Shown here in pieces: positions 37,499 to 47,781 of a stretch of 64,000 nucleotides of DNA. A model generated the notes under the pieces. The model saw nothing but the letters and a program-made list of their open reading frames with translations. It was not told where the DNA came from and made no database searches. Location: positions 1 through 64,000 of the forward strand of contig JBHLMN010000003.1 in the NCBI GenBank assembly GCA_048938105.1. The letters are read 5' to 3'. Every line of letters starts with the position of its first letter. Position 1 is the stretch's first letter. Origin of the DNA: Promethearchaeota archaeon (lineage in GTDB: Archaea > Asgardarchaeota > Heimdallarchaeia > Hodarchaeales > Hodarchaeaceae). The position numbers and the translations under genes are program-made.

Positions 37499-39484
37499 GT
37501 GAAAGGTTTGTCTAAATTACTTTGGGCACCTTCTGAGGAGCAAATCAAGCAAGCAAACATAACTCTTTTCACTGAATTTGTAAACAATAAATATAATCTT
37601 GATTTGACCTCATATCATCAACTTTATAATTGGTCTATCAAAAATGTTCAAGATTTTTGGGCTTCTATGTGGGATTATGGGGGTATTATTTCTTCTAGAA
37701 AGTATAAAACTGTGGTTGATAATTTTGATGATTTTTTCGCAGTCAAATGGTTTCCAGGAGCGCAATTAAATTTTGCAGAAAATCTATTACGCCATCATGA
37801 TGACAAGGATCACTTAGCTTACATATTTCATGGAGAAGATCAAAAATCAAGACGAATGACTTACAAAGAGCTTTTTTTGCAAGTGGCAAGATTTACTAAA
37901 TCATTACAGGAGTTAGATGTGACCTCTGGAGACTGTGTGGCTGGATATATTCCAAATCTTATAGAAACTGTTATAGCAATGTTAGCTGCCACAAGTCTTG
38001 GAGCATCATGGGCATCTTGTGGAGCAGAACTAGGACCAACAGCTGTTCTAGATCGCCTTGGTCAAATAAAACCTAAAATTCTAATCACTGCTGATGGGTA
38101 TTTCTACAAAGGAAAGACATTTTCAAGTTTAATTAATGTCGAACAGGTAATAAAAGAATTACCATCTGTAGAAAGAGTTATTGTAACCCCCTACATAAAA
38201 AAACTACCTAATATTGATAATATTCCTCATTCAACATATTATAATGAATTTCTATCTCCAGAAACACAGCCAAGAATAGAATTTGAGCAATTACCTTTTT
38301 CTCATCCAGGGTATATCATGTTTTCTTCCGGAACTACAGGAAAACCTAAATGTATGGTTCAAAGCACTGGAGGAGTTTTACTTACTCAATTACGGGATCT
38401 GATATTACATACAGATGTGAAAAAGACTGATAGAATCACCTACAATACTTCGCCTTCTTGGATGATGTGGAATTGGCTTAACTGTTCACTCGCTATTGGA
38501 GCAACCATTTTACTTTATGAAGGAAATCCGCTGTATCCTGATTGGGGAGCGATGTGGAAATTAATTCAAGATGAAAGAATTACCATTTTTGGAACTAGTG
38601 CTAGTTATCTCCATTATCTAAGTGGGATTGGCGCTCAACCTAGTAAGAAGTTTGATTTATCCTCTTTACGGGTAATCTCTCAAACTGCATCCCCCATATC
38701 ATCAGAAGCGATGGAATGGATCTATAAAGAAGTGAAGAAAGATGTTCATTTCAATTCAATCACGGGAGGGTCTGATCTCAACGCGATATTTGCAGGGGGG
38801 TGCCTAATTCTACCACTTTACACCGAGGTGCCCATCCAATGCCGAGCTTTAGGGATGAAGATTGAAGCATACAATGATGAAGCTGTAGCTGTTAGAGATC
38901 AACAAGCTGAACTCGTGGTAGAACATCCATTTCCTAGTGCCCCATTATACTTTTGGAACGATCCCGATAACAAAAAGTACGAAGAAGCTTACTTCACTTT
39001 TTTCAAACCAATGGGGAAAACAGTCTGGCGACACGGAGATTATATTATCATCCATCAAGAAACAGAGGGGATAACCATCTTTGGAAGGTCGGATGCAGTT
39101 TTAAAACCTTCTGGAGTTCGTATTGGAACATCAGAGATTTATAATACTGTAGAAACATTGCCTGAGATTGAAGATAGTCTCGCTATAGGTCAGAGCTGGA
39201 AGGGAGATCAAAGAATCATTCTCTTTGTCAAAATAACTGAAGGATATTCTTTAACGAAAAAATTGAGGAATAAGATTAAGCAAATCTTACGAGAAAACGC
39301 ATCACCTCGTCATGTCCCTGCATTAATCCTAGAAACACCTGATATCCCGTATACGTTTTCAATGAAAAAAGTTGAAATTGCAGTCACTAATATCCTTCAT
39401 GATAAGCCAGTGACAAATCGTGGGGCGTTATCCAATCCAGAATCGCTGGATTATTTCGAGAAAATTCGTTCTGACTTAATCTGA
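37499..39484 (+). CDS. Acetoacetate-CoA ligase
   Basis: WFPGAQLNFAENLL, FSSGTTGKPKC, WMMWNW, GRSDAVL.PSGVRIGTSEIY, KKVEIAV. Confidence 0.9.
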   Translation: MKGLSKLLWAPSEEQIKQANITLFTEFVNNKYNLDLTSYHQLYNWSIKNVQDFWASMWDYGGIISSRKYKTVVDNFDDFFAVKWFPGAQLNFAENLLRHHDDKDHLAYIFHGEDQKSRRMTYKELFLQVARFTKSLQELDVTSGDCVAGYIPNLIETVIAMLAATSLGASWASCGAELGPTAVLDRLGQIKPKILITADGYFYKGKTFSSLINVEQVIKELPSVERVIVTPYIKKLPNIDNIPHSTYYNEFLSPETQPRIEFEQLPFSHPGYIMFSSGTTGKPKCMVQSTGGVLLTQLRDLILHTDVKKTDRITYNTSPSWMMWNWLNCSLAIGATILLYEGNPLYPDWGAMWKLIQDERITIFGTSASYLHYLSGIGAQPSKKFDLSSLRVISQTASPISSEAMEWIYKEVKKDVHFNSITGGSDLNAIFAGGCLILPLYTEVPIQCRALGMKIEAYNDEAVAVRDQQAELVVEHPFPSAPLYFWNDPDNKKYEEAYFTFFKPMGKTVWRHGDYIIIHQETEGITIFGRSDAVLKPSGVRIGTSEIYNTVETLPEIEDSLAIGQSWKGDQRIILFVKITEGYSLTKKLRNKIKQILRENASPRHVPALILETPDIPYTFSMKKVEIAVTNILHDKPVTNRGALSNPESLDYFEKIRSDLI

Positions 39485-39528
39485 TAACTGATAATTCTCT
39501 TTCTCCATCAAATAGGAACAATTGTATA

Positions 39529-40170
39529 TTAATCAGATCCTTTAGTCGCTTTTTCGCGCTCAATCTCCCCTTTTAGATTTGTTATTTCATCAATTTTTTT
39601 ATCAATTGCCTCTTTGACGCGTAAAACGTCTCTACTTACTTTTTCTATTTCTTTAGTTACTTCTTTCTTTTTCTCCTCATCCTCAGTCTCAGTTTGGAAT
39701 TCTTCAAGGGTGAATAACTTGTATTGTTGAGAACCAAGTTGAAGTTTCAACTCAATTAATTGGCCTTCTTTAGATTCCAGCTCTTGTTCAACCAACTCAA
39801 CACGGTCAACATCCAGTAGATTTTCAGCTAGTTCAATATAACGACGAATAGATCGAATTTTTAGCTCTCCAGCCTTCTTTTTCTTTCTAAAAAACAAAGC
39901 CAAATTACTATTTTCACCAAGTTTTAAGATTATGACGTTTATTCCATCTGTGTCAAATACAAGTTTATTAAATCCTTCTAAATCAAAATTACATATCTCG
40001 TACATTTTTTGCATGGAAATTAATGTTTCAGAGAAATTTTCCCCCAGTTTTGGTATATTTACTGGACGTTCAAATGTCGTGTGGAATACAGTGCCATCAT
40101 TATAAAACATAACCACATGTTCTACTTCTGGTAAAGTTTTCTTAATGCGTTCTATAGTATTTTCAATCAT
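39529..40170 (-). CDS. Roadblock/LC7-like domain + acidic coiled coil
   Basis: N-terminal helix, VMFYNDG.V, helix, three strands (roadblock topology); E/K-rich heptad tail. Confidence 0.6.
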   Translation of the reverse strand: MIENTIERIKKTLPEVEHVVMFYNDGTVFHTTFERPVNIPKLGENFSETLISMQKMYEICNFDLEGFNKLVFDTDGINVIILKLGENSNLALFFRKKKKAGELKIRSIRRYIELAENLLDVDRVELVEQELESKEGQLIELKLQLGSQQYKLFTLEEFQTETEDEEKKKEVTKEIEKVSRDVLRVKEAIDKKIDEITNLKGEIEREKATKGSD

Positions 40171-40181
40171 AATTCTCGCCT

Positions 40182-41636
40182 TTAAGTAATTATGAAATTT
40201 CTAAATCGTGTGAATGCTTTATTTACTCCTAACTGGATTTTATACGGACCTGTTTTTTGTAAGATAAATATAAAAGTCGTGAAAAAACCAATTATAATAA
40301 TAAAGACAAATCCTAGAGTAAGATGGTAAAATAAAGTGAAATAAAGGGTTGCTAGAAACAATTGGTACATTGTCGCAATAAATCCAAGTTTCCAAAAAGT
40401 TAAAATGCTGATTGGACGATTATTTTCCCTGGCAATATTTAAAACAAGGATATTATCTCCCAAAGGAGTCAAGTTATCACCCCAATTGGCACCAATAGAA
40501 AGACTGAAAAAATACATATTTGTTAAAGTAGAACTGTTACCAGAGATACCTGTTACTATAGGAATAAAAGCCTTAGTAATTGGAACGTTATCAATTACTG
40601 CACTCGATAAAGCTGCAATCCACATAATCAAGATCAACTGTAGAAAATCGTCTCCTGCTCCAATATTCCTTAAAACACTTTCTACATAAGTTAATACACC
40701 TACTACCTCCAATCCTCCAACAATAACGAAAATACCAAGGAGGTAAAAAATTAATTCAAAATCGAATTTTCTTATGATTTCCCTTGCGTCTAAACGACTG
40801 AAAATTGTTAATACCATTGCTATACTCAAAGCGATCGCATCTGGAGCAACAATTTCTTCCAATGCAAACAACGAGATCATTAAAACGATTAAAGCTCCTA
40901 ATGACGCATATAAAAGACGAGGACTTTGGACGACATTCCATATATCAAAATCATATAGAAGGATATTGATGGCTTTGTCTTTTGGGATAGACAATTCATT
41001 CTTATAGATGAATACGAATAATAAAATAGTAAACGCAATTGTGATAATTGAAAAAATCCCAACCTTAAAGAAGAAATCTGGAAACGAAATTCCAACTTCT
41101 CTTGTGATTATAATATTAGGTATAGAAGAAATAGGGAAAACTGTTCCCCCGAGATTCACCATAATTGCTTGTGTCAAGATATAGGGAGTTGGAGACACGT
41201 TCAACACGCGTGATATTGTGATTGTGAGGGGGATCAATATCATAACGGTTAAAATGTTATTCAGAATAGATGAAAAAACAGCTGAAACAATACATAAAAT
41301 AATCAGCAAAGGAATGGGTTTTCCTTTACTCATCTTGATTGCAATCACCGCTAAAAACTGAAATGTTCCTATCTCATCCGAAATGTGGACAATAAACATG
41401 ATACCCACAATTAACATCAATGAATGAAGATTTACGAAACCATCATCTTGAGTTCCAAATAGTAGATCTACGATTAAGGAAAAATCACTTTGTTCAAAGA
41501 ATGTTAATACAAAATATGTGATTAAAGCCCCAGAGATAGCCAAGATGGCACGATTCATCTTTTCTGTCATTATAAGGACAATTAAAGCAATAAAGCAACA
41601 TGTAATGATCAAGGCACTGATTAAAATCCTAATCAC
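40182..41636 (-). CDS. ArsB/NhaD/SLC13 (P-protein-like) ion transporter
   Basis: SSILNN, NLGG..PISSIPN, SAVIDNVP, GANWGDNLTPLG. Confidence 0.85.
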   Translation of the reverse strand: MIRILISALIITCCFIALIVLIMTEKMNRAILAISGALITYFVLTFFEQSDFSLIVDLLFGTQDDGFVNLHSLMLIVGIMFIVHISDEIGTFQFLAVIAIKMSKGKPIPLLIILCIVSAVFSSILNNILTVMILIPLTITISRVLNVSPTPYILTQAIMVNLGGTVFPISSIPNIIITREVGISFPDFFFKVGIFSIITIAFTILLFVFIYKNELSIPKDKAINILLYDFDIWNVVQSPRLLYASLGALIVLMISLFALEEIVAPDAIALSIAMVLTIFSRLDAREIIRKFDFELIFYLLGIFVIVGGLEVVGVLTYVESVLRNIGAGDDFLQLILIMWIAALSSAVIDNVPITKAFIPIVTGISGNSSTLTNMYFFSLSIGANWGDNLTPLGDNILVLNIARENNRPISILTFWKLGFIATMYQLFLATLYFTLFYHLTLGFVFIIIIGFFTTFIFILQKTGPYKIQLGVNKAFTRFRNFIIT

Positions 41637-41851
41637 CTAGAATATATTCGATTATTTTTCCTTTTTTCATATTGTATAACTAGGGAGCTGATTCGAGAAG
41701 AATAACATGGGGATCTTCTTTATCCTTTCTTTTTTTCATTCAGAATCTTTATCTTCAAAGTCTATATTAGTTCCTCGTAAAACTTTCTCGCTTAAATAAA
41801 AAAGGCAAGAAATTACGTTTATTATTATGTCACTCTGAGGTAATCAGAATA

Positions 41852-42394
41852 ATGGCAAGATTTCATAATGCAGAAAATTACCCATTTTTTCTGATTTTAG
41901 GCTCCCCTAATTCTGGTAAAACAACTCTCATGTACCGATTGTACTCTGGGATCTTTTATAACGCTATTCAGACTCTCAAACGGAATATTGAGGAAGTGAG
42001 AGTTGACAAAGTACGACTTCGTACCCTTAATATTGTAGAGAACAATTTAAGCAAGGAAATTTGGGAACCCCTGATTTCAGAATGCTCAGGGGTGATTTTT
42101 ATTATTGACATATCGATATCCGCAAATCTTATTGATAGTTATAGATTATTTCAAGAGATAGGATTATCGGAACGTCTAAATAATCTGCCCCTTGCTGTGT
42201 TTGCCAACAAAGTAGATCTTCAACGTCATGAAGTTAACCTAATAAAAGATTTAAAGATACCTGAAACTCAAGAAAAGGAAGCGTTTATAGTCCAAGCAAT
42301 TTCATGTAAAACGACAGCGGGGATTACAGAAGGAATGAATTGGTTAATGAAAAAAACGAGTAATTACTTCTACATCCCTGCATTTAGGAAGTAG
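41852..42394 (+). CDS. Arf-like small GTPase with degenerate G3
   Basis: G1 GSPNSGKTT, GVIFIID, PLAVFANKVD, SCK..GI.EGMNWL; no DxxG. Confidence 0.8.
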   Translation: MARFHNAENYPFFLILGSPNSGKTTLMYRLYSGIFYNAIQTLKRNIEEVRVDKVRLRTLNIVENNLSKEIWEPLISECSGVIFIIDISISANLIDSYRLFQEIGLSERLNNLPLAVFANKVDLQRHEVNLIKDLKIPETQEKEAFIVQAISCKTTAGITEGMNWLMKKTSNYFYIPAFRK

Positions 42395-42398
42395 CGAA

Positions 42399-43016
42399 AT
42401 GGTTCAACCACACTCCATAAGCCCTTTGAATAATCTTAAAAGTGCTCTTCAATCACCTATTATTCTCGATTTCAGCGAAAAAACGAGATTTTCTAAATTT
42501 TTTTGTCTTCCAGGTTGTAAACAGTGCTGTGGATACTCTTATTTCCTTCCAGCAGAAGTTATTAATCTCCCCAATAATATAACAAAAAAATTAACATTGA
42601 AAAAAGACGGTAAATATGATATCGCACGTCTTAATGGACGATGCATATTTTATAATTCAGATAATGAGTTATTTTGTTCGATCTATAATTGCAGACCTCT
42701 TCGATGTAAAATTTTTCCATATTTTCCACTTATTGTTGACCAGAGGATCGTTATTACTTTAGAACCAGCCTTAAAAATGAAAAATGAATCTACTCAAGTT
42801 AAAACTTGTCCAGGAGTTGGAAAGTCCGGAAAACCTTTGAAAGCATCAATTGCAAACTGTTTATCTTTTTTAAAGAAGTTAACAGATGTCCCCACTCTTC
42901 TTTCTACAGTAGTGATTACTAGTGAAGTTTTTAATAGAATAAGGAATGATCGATGGTTTATTGAAAATTGGAACGATACAAAAGAAATACAAAATCGCAG
43001 AGAAAACCTAAAATAA
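42399..43016 (+). CDS. YkgJ family Cys-cluster protein
   Basis: C..GCKQCC, CIF, CSIY..RPLRCKIFP, CPG. Confidence 0.85.
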   Translation: MVQPHSISPLNNLKSALQSPIILDFSEKTRFSKFFCLPGCKQCCGYSYFLPAEVINLPNNITKKLTLKKDGKYDIARLNGRCIFYNSDNELFCSIYNCRPLRCKIFPYFPLIVDQRIVITLEPALKMKNESTQVKTCPGVGKSGKPLKASIANCLSFLKKLTDVPTLLSTVVITSEVFNRIRNDRWFIENWNDTKEIQNRRENLK

Positions 43017-43132
43017 ACCCATTCTTAGTTTAAGAAAGTCGTGAAGAAAAATTCATATTTAAAGGCAAAATCAAAGTCTTTGGTCTTTGAAAATTCATTT
43101 AATGGTTTAAAAACCGAATTTGAGATGAATTT

Positions 43133-43345
43133 ATTGCAAGACAACGTTTTGAAGACGGAGATTTGTGGGTAGAGATTGACCTCGATTTATGTACGGGAGC
43201 AGGCGAATGTGTTGGCGTTTGTCCCAAGGATTGCTATGAAATGAAAGATGGAAAAGTCACTGCTGATAATATTGGGACATGCATCGAGTGTGCTGCTTGT
43301 GATGGAGTCTGTCCAAACAATGCAATCCTTGATCATTGTTCTTAG
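43133..43345 (+). CDS. Ferredoxin copy 1 (ATT at the start position)
   Basis: CTGAGEC..VCP and CIECAAC..VCP; aligns with copy 2 from att gca aga caa. Confidence 0.7.
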   Translation: MARQRFEDGDLWVEIDLDLCTGAGECVGVCPKDCYEMKDGKVTADNIGTCIECAACDGVCPNNAILDHCS

Positions 43346-43521
43346 TGAATTATTTCATCTTACTTTTATCCTTCTAGCTTATCCACAGACTTTTTTAGGG
43401 GATCAAGTTTTTCATGTTCCAAGATTAAAGAAGAAAAATTATTTATTGAATGCATTTTAACCAGTTTTTAGTCCTGAAAAAATCATAAAATGTCTTAAAA
43501 GCAGAATTGGAGATAAAATAT

Positions 43522-43737
43522 ATGGCTAAACAGCGTTTTGAAGACGGAGATTTGTGGGTAGAGATTGATCTCGATTTATGTACGGGAGCAGGCGAATGTG
43601 TTGACGTCTGTCCCGAAGATGTTTATGAAATAGTCGGAGGAAAGGTTAACGCCAATAATATAGCTGATTGCTCTGAATGTGCCGCCTGTGATGGCGTGTG
43701 CCCGAATGATGCAATCCTTGATCACTGTTCTTGGTGA
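43522..43737 (+). CDS. Ferredoxin copy 2
   Basis: ATG behind GGAG; CTGAGEC and CSECAAC motifs. Confidence 0.9.
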   Translation: MAKQRFEDGDLWVEIDLDLCTGAGECVDVCPEDVYEIVGGKVNANNIADCSECAACDGVCPNDAILDHCSW

Positions 43738-43919
43738 ATTCAATCCTCTCCTCACATCTTTCTTTTTTTTCTATCACAGAGTAGATAAAGACTCTCCATC
43801 CTAGTATTTTCATTAACATTTTATATTATTTTATTTAAAAAGGAATTATATGTCATATTCATCTAAGTATTCCTAATTTAGTTTTAATTTAGCCAATAGG
43901 ATCAAGAGGTTTTTAGAAA

Positions 43920-44582
43920 CTGCAACTCAACCTAGAAGAAATAAAACGTACTCAGATAAATCGCGCCTCGCTAGTTGAGGAAAAAGATTACATTAAAGAC
44001 CCTAAAACAGTACTAGCGGTCGCTATACATCAGAAAAATCAAAAAATTAGAGGAGGTGGGATCCTTTATGACCTTGAATCTACCAATCAGATAGACTCTT
44101 GGCTGGGAGAGGCAATAACAGCTCCTTATCCTTACATCAGTACTTATCTAGCGTTGCGAAACAAGCAACCACTTCGCCAAGTTATCAACCAATTTCAGAA
44201 ATTCGATCTTCTAATGGTCGAGGGGGCAGGAAAGCATCATCCAAGATATTTTGGCCTTGCATGCGAATTGGGACTGGATCTCGACATTCCTACTGTTGGA
44301 ATTACCCAGAAGTCATTAGTTGGTGAAATTATCTTCTCTCAACCTCTTGAGAAGAAGGATTATGACAATGATATTTACCCTGTCTTATATGAGGAAAATC
44401 TTATTGCTTATTTTATAAAGAAAAGAAGCAATAAAAGAGGAATATTTCTGTCAATTGGTCATAAAGTTACATTATTAACCGCAGTGAATATAATTATGCC
44501 TCTTCTTATATTTAAACTCCCAGAACCTTTAAGACTTGTTAAAATGCTACTCAAAAAATCCCCACACGATCTTTATTTCTAA
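43920..44582 (+). CDS. nfi: Endonuclease V homolog, predicted inactive (CTG start)
   Basis: Frame is open from the CTG at 43920 (GAGGT 9 nt upstream); PYPYIS..ALR, MVEGAG.HHPR.FGLA, PTVG, LSIGH, PEPLRL. Confidence 0.75.
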   Translation: MQLNLEEIKRTQINRASLVEEKDYIKDPKTVLAVAIHQKNQKIRGGGILYDLESTNQIDSWLGEAITAPYPYISTYLALRNKQPLRQVINQFQKFDLLMVEGAGKHHPRYFGLACELGLDLDIPTVGITQKSLVGEIIFSQPLEKKDYDNDIYPVLYEENLIAYFIKKRSNKRGIFLSIGHKVTLLTAVNIIMPLLIFKLPEPLRLVKMLLKKSPHDLYF

Positions 44583-44761
44583 TGTAATCGCACAAATTAT
44601 AGACAAACCTTTTATTAATATCTCAAACCCTCTTAAAAACCTGAATAATCCTCTTAATCGTATTTCTACGAATTCTACTTTGTACTAATGTCTGATCAGA
44701 CATTTAATTGCATTAAATTTTTAGTTTAACCTTTAACTGAGGATTTATTCGTTATTTTAGT

Positions 44762-45742
44762 ATGAGGAAGAATGTCAAGACTTGTGTAACCTGCACAAAA
44801 GATAAAGTTTTTTCATATTTTGATACTAATCACTCAATATTCGAGGGACTTATTATTTCAATTTCACAAGTTATCTATGAGATTGATACACAGCAAGGAT
44901 TAGCAAAGCTTTACCATCGAACACCTGATTCAACTGGTTTTCCTGTATTATTTATTCATGGTTTTGGTTCTAACTCAGATATTTGGTTTGCTTTTGATGA
45001 CTCTCTTGGGAATTATTTTATTAATAATAAAATGGATTGTTGGGCATTAAATCTGAGTAATGCTATATCGGGGAACATTCAAACCTTAGCTCATGAGGAT
45101 CTACTAGCAGCTGTTGATTTTATTTATAAAGAGCGAAATCAGCGGGTTCTAATCGTATCACATAGTATGGGAGGAATAATTACACGAGTTTTCACCAGCT
45201 CCCATCTTAGCCATCCATATCCACTGCAGCAGATTGAACGTATGGTCCAAGGAGTTGCTTTACTTACAGTCCCAAATCATGGAGTTGGATCCGCTGACAT
45301 ATCTCGAATTGAAGAAACAGTAAAACTGCTTCACAGCTTTATTAAAAGCGACCAAGAACCTTTAGCTGCAGATTTCGGGCTAGGATTCATCCAATTAACC
45401 CCAAAAAGCCACTTAATTACATCTTTGAATGAACCTCTTCCTTTAAATTCTAATATAATATGGTTGAATGCGGTTGGAAGCTATGATAAAGTAGTCCCAC
45501 TCAATAGTGCGCTTTTTAAAGAATCTGAGGTTGATCAAATCCCCCATTTTTTCCAACAAGAATTTCCCTGTGATCATATGGTTTATCCGTTCAGTAAAAC
45601 AATAAAAAAAATCGTGAGGGTTATCCCCCAAATCATAGAATCTTCAAAACTTGAATCACGAATAAGGATTTATCCTGCTATCCATAGGTATCAACCTGTT
45701 GGTGACTGGATTCTAAAGCATCTCGTTAAGCCTCTTGGATGA
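44762..45742 (+). CDS. Alpha/beta hydrolase (lipase-like)
   Basis: FIHGFGS, SHSMGG, PNHG, DKVVP, DH. Confidence 0.85.
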   Translation: MRKNVKTCVTCTKDKVFSYFDTNHSIFEGLIISISQVIYEIDTQQGLAKLYHRTPDSTGFPVLFIHGFGSNSDIWFAFDDSLGNYFINNKMDCWALNLSNAISGNIQTLAHEDLLAAVDFIYKERNQRVLIVSHSMGGIITRVFTSSHLSHPYPLQQIERMVQGVALLTVPNHGVGSADISRIEETVKLLHSFIKSDQEPLAADFGLGFIQLTPKSHLITSLNEPLPLNSNIIWLNAVGSYDKVVPLNSALFKESEVDQIPHFFQQEFPCDHMVYPFSKTIKKIVRVIPQIIESSKLESRIRIYPAIHRYQPVGDWILKHLVKPLG

Positions 45743-46548
45743 AAATCAAGAAGGATGAACTGATAATGGTAACGGAGTTTTTAAAAGGAGCTGAGCCTCT
45801 TTTTCTGTCGGGTTCAAACACAGGATGTTTACTTCTTCATGGCGCAGGGGGAGGAACTACATGGGATCTAAAAGAGTTTGCTCACACTCTTCATTCAAGA
45901 ACAGGATTTACTATTTGGTTACCAGCATTAACAGGATTTGGAACACGGCCAGAGGATCTTGAAGAAGTCACATTTTCTGATTGGATGAAAGATGCCCGTG
46001 AAGGGGTAACAAAACTTCAACAAACTTGTGATCGGATTTTCATCGTTGGGCATTCTATGGGAGGGGTACTCGCACTACTAATGGCTTCAGAAGAAAAGAA
46101 AATAAATGCAGTTGTAACCTGGGCAGCGCCAATTAATGTTCGATTTCGAAAAATAACATTTCTACCTATCATTATTCGAATCCCCATTCTTAAAGGTTTA
46201 ATTCCTAAAAAATACAACACTGGAGTCTCTTTAGACAATGAATGGGTAGGTTACGAGTGGATACCTTCATCAATTGGACTTAACGTCCTTGAAGGAATGA
46301 AACGCCTGAAGCAATCACTTAATAAAATCACCTGCCCATCTTTCATTGTTCAAGGCTCCATGGATGAGGGGGTCTCACGAAATAGTGCAAAAAGAATTTT
46401 TAAAGCTATAAATTCCGAAAAAAAAGAAATCTGGTATGTTGAAGGCGCACCCCATGCGATAATGACTGATAAGCGATTCAAGAAAGAGTTGTGTGCTAGA
46501 ACAATATCATTTCTTGAAACATTGGACACTTCACAAATAAAACGATAG
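45739..46548 (+). CDS. Carboxylesterase (alpha/beta hydrolase)
   Basis: LLLHG, GHSMGG, QGSMD, APH. Confidence 0.9.
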   Translation: MKIKKDELIMVTEFLKGAEPLFLSGSNTGCLLLHGAGGGTTWDLKEFAHTLHSRTGFTIWLPALTGFGTRPEDLEEVTFSDWMKDAREGVTKLQQTCDRIFIVGHSMGGVLALLMASEEKKINAVVTWAAPINVRFRKITFLPIIIRIPILKGLIPKKYNTGVSLDNEWVGYEWIPSSIGLNVLEGMKRLKQSLNKITCPSFIVQGSMDEGVSRNSAKRIFKAINSEKKEIWYVEGAPHAIMTDKRFKKELCARTISFLETLDTSQIKR

Positions 46549-47496
46549 TTACTTATTTTGAAAGGATCGAAGAGTTTCTATTGTAGAATATCTTGGAGAA
46601 TAACCTTTCGATTTAATTTTGTAATTAGAAGCAACAAAGGGATATGCAACAAAGTCTAGGTAAGAGGGAGGAGCTCTAGAAAGACGAAGTTTCCATTGCA
46701 CCCACAACAATGATTTTAATATTCGCAATGGTACTCTCAAGCCACGACCCTCAAGTATTTTTGGGATTTCACCTATTGTCACATCTTTATTAGGAGTTAC
46801 ATTGTAAACTCCCTCTAATCTCTGATCCAACATAATTTTAAACCCTTGAAGGGCATCCTCTAGATGTAGAAACTGAATGGGTGTTTTTTTGTTTGGAAAT
46901 GGCATGAGAAAAAAAGTTCGCCATCCTCCCCTAAGGATATCAGCTACAAAATTCTGAAGATCATGTGATAAGATAGCTGAAGGACGTATCGTCCCAATCT
47001 TCATATTATTAACAAAATCCTCCCTAAATTCATTAACAATCCTTTCTGCCAAAGCTTTATGGTAAGAATAATGGAATGTTTCATTTCCCTGAAGAGGAGA
47101 TGATTCCGTTAAAGGATATGGATTGTCAGGAAAGGCACCATACGCTAGAGTAGAGGAAACATGAAGGAAATAATCAATACTGGCTTGAGAGGCCTGTTTT
47201 AATGTGTTTTCGGTTCCTTGAATATCCACCTGAAAAGCTTTCTCTTTATTATGAATAGGATTGACAATCCAAGCTAGGTGGATAAGGTCTGTAACGCCGT
47301 TTTCTTCAAGAACTGAAGAAAATTCATCTCTCACATCTATCTTATAGGATGACAAGGGAATCTCTGATAGAAGCGATGTTTCTCGAATATCAATTGCCAC
47401 GAAATGATCAATATCAGATGATGATTGGAATAAATAAGGAATTAAACGCTGACCAAGGTACCCTGATGCACCAGTGACAGCAATGACTCGGGACAT
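46549..47496 (-). CDS. NAD-dependent epimerase/dehydratase
   Basis: TGASGYLG, HLAW, SS..AYG, YSYHK. Confidence 0.9.
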   Translation of the reverse strand: MSRVIAVTGASGYLGQRLIPYLFQSSSDIDHFVAIDIRETSLLSEIPLSSYKIDVRDEFSSVLEENGVTDLIHLAWIVNPIHNKEKAFQVDIQGTENTLKQASQASIDYFLHVSSTLAYGAFPDNPYPLTESSPLQGNETFHYSYHKALAERIVNEFREDFVNNMKIGTIRPSAILSHDLQNFVADILRGGWRTFFLMPFPNKKTPIQFLHLEDALQGFKIMLDQRLEGVYNVTPNKDVTIGEIPKILEGRGLRVPLRILKSLLWVQWKLRLSRAPPSYLDFVAYPFVASNYKIKSKGYSPRYSTIETLRSFQNK

Positions 47497-47781
47497 ATCT
47501 TTGTTTCAACTCTTATGTGATCTTGTAAGATTTTAGTTCTAATTTTCATAGGAATAATGATCAATTGAATTTAGATCAAATCTTCATCAAAAAGAATCTT
47601 TTTAATTATCCGTAAATATGCTAAATATAATCCAAGATTCCTGATATGAATGGGGAAAAATACAAATATCAAAAATATTTTATGTCAAAGAGTAAAAATC
47701 TTGCAAAACAGAAAAACATTGAAAATTAATGAAAATTAACGCATTTTTATTCTTCTAAGGTTGATATGAATTTTAGATAAG

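Noticed and set aside
43343-43348. Pyrrolysine or selenocysteine read-through at TAG-TGA of ferredoxin 1
   Set aside because: It aligns to a terminal Trp, no pyl/sel genes are in the window, and a point mutation is simpler.
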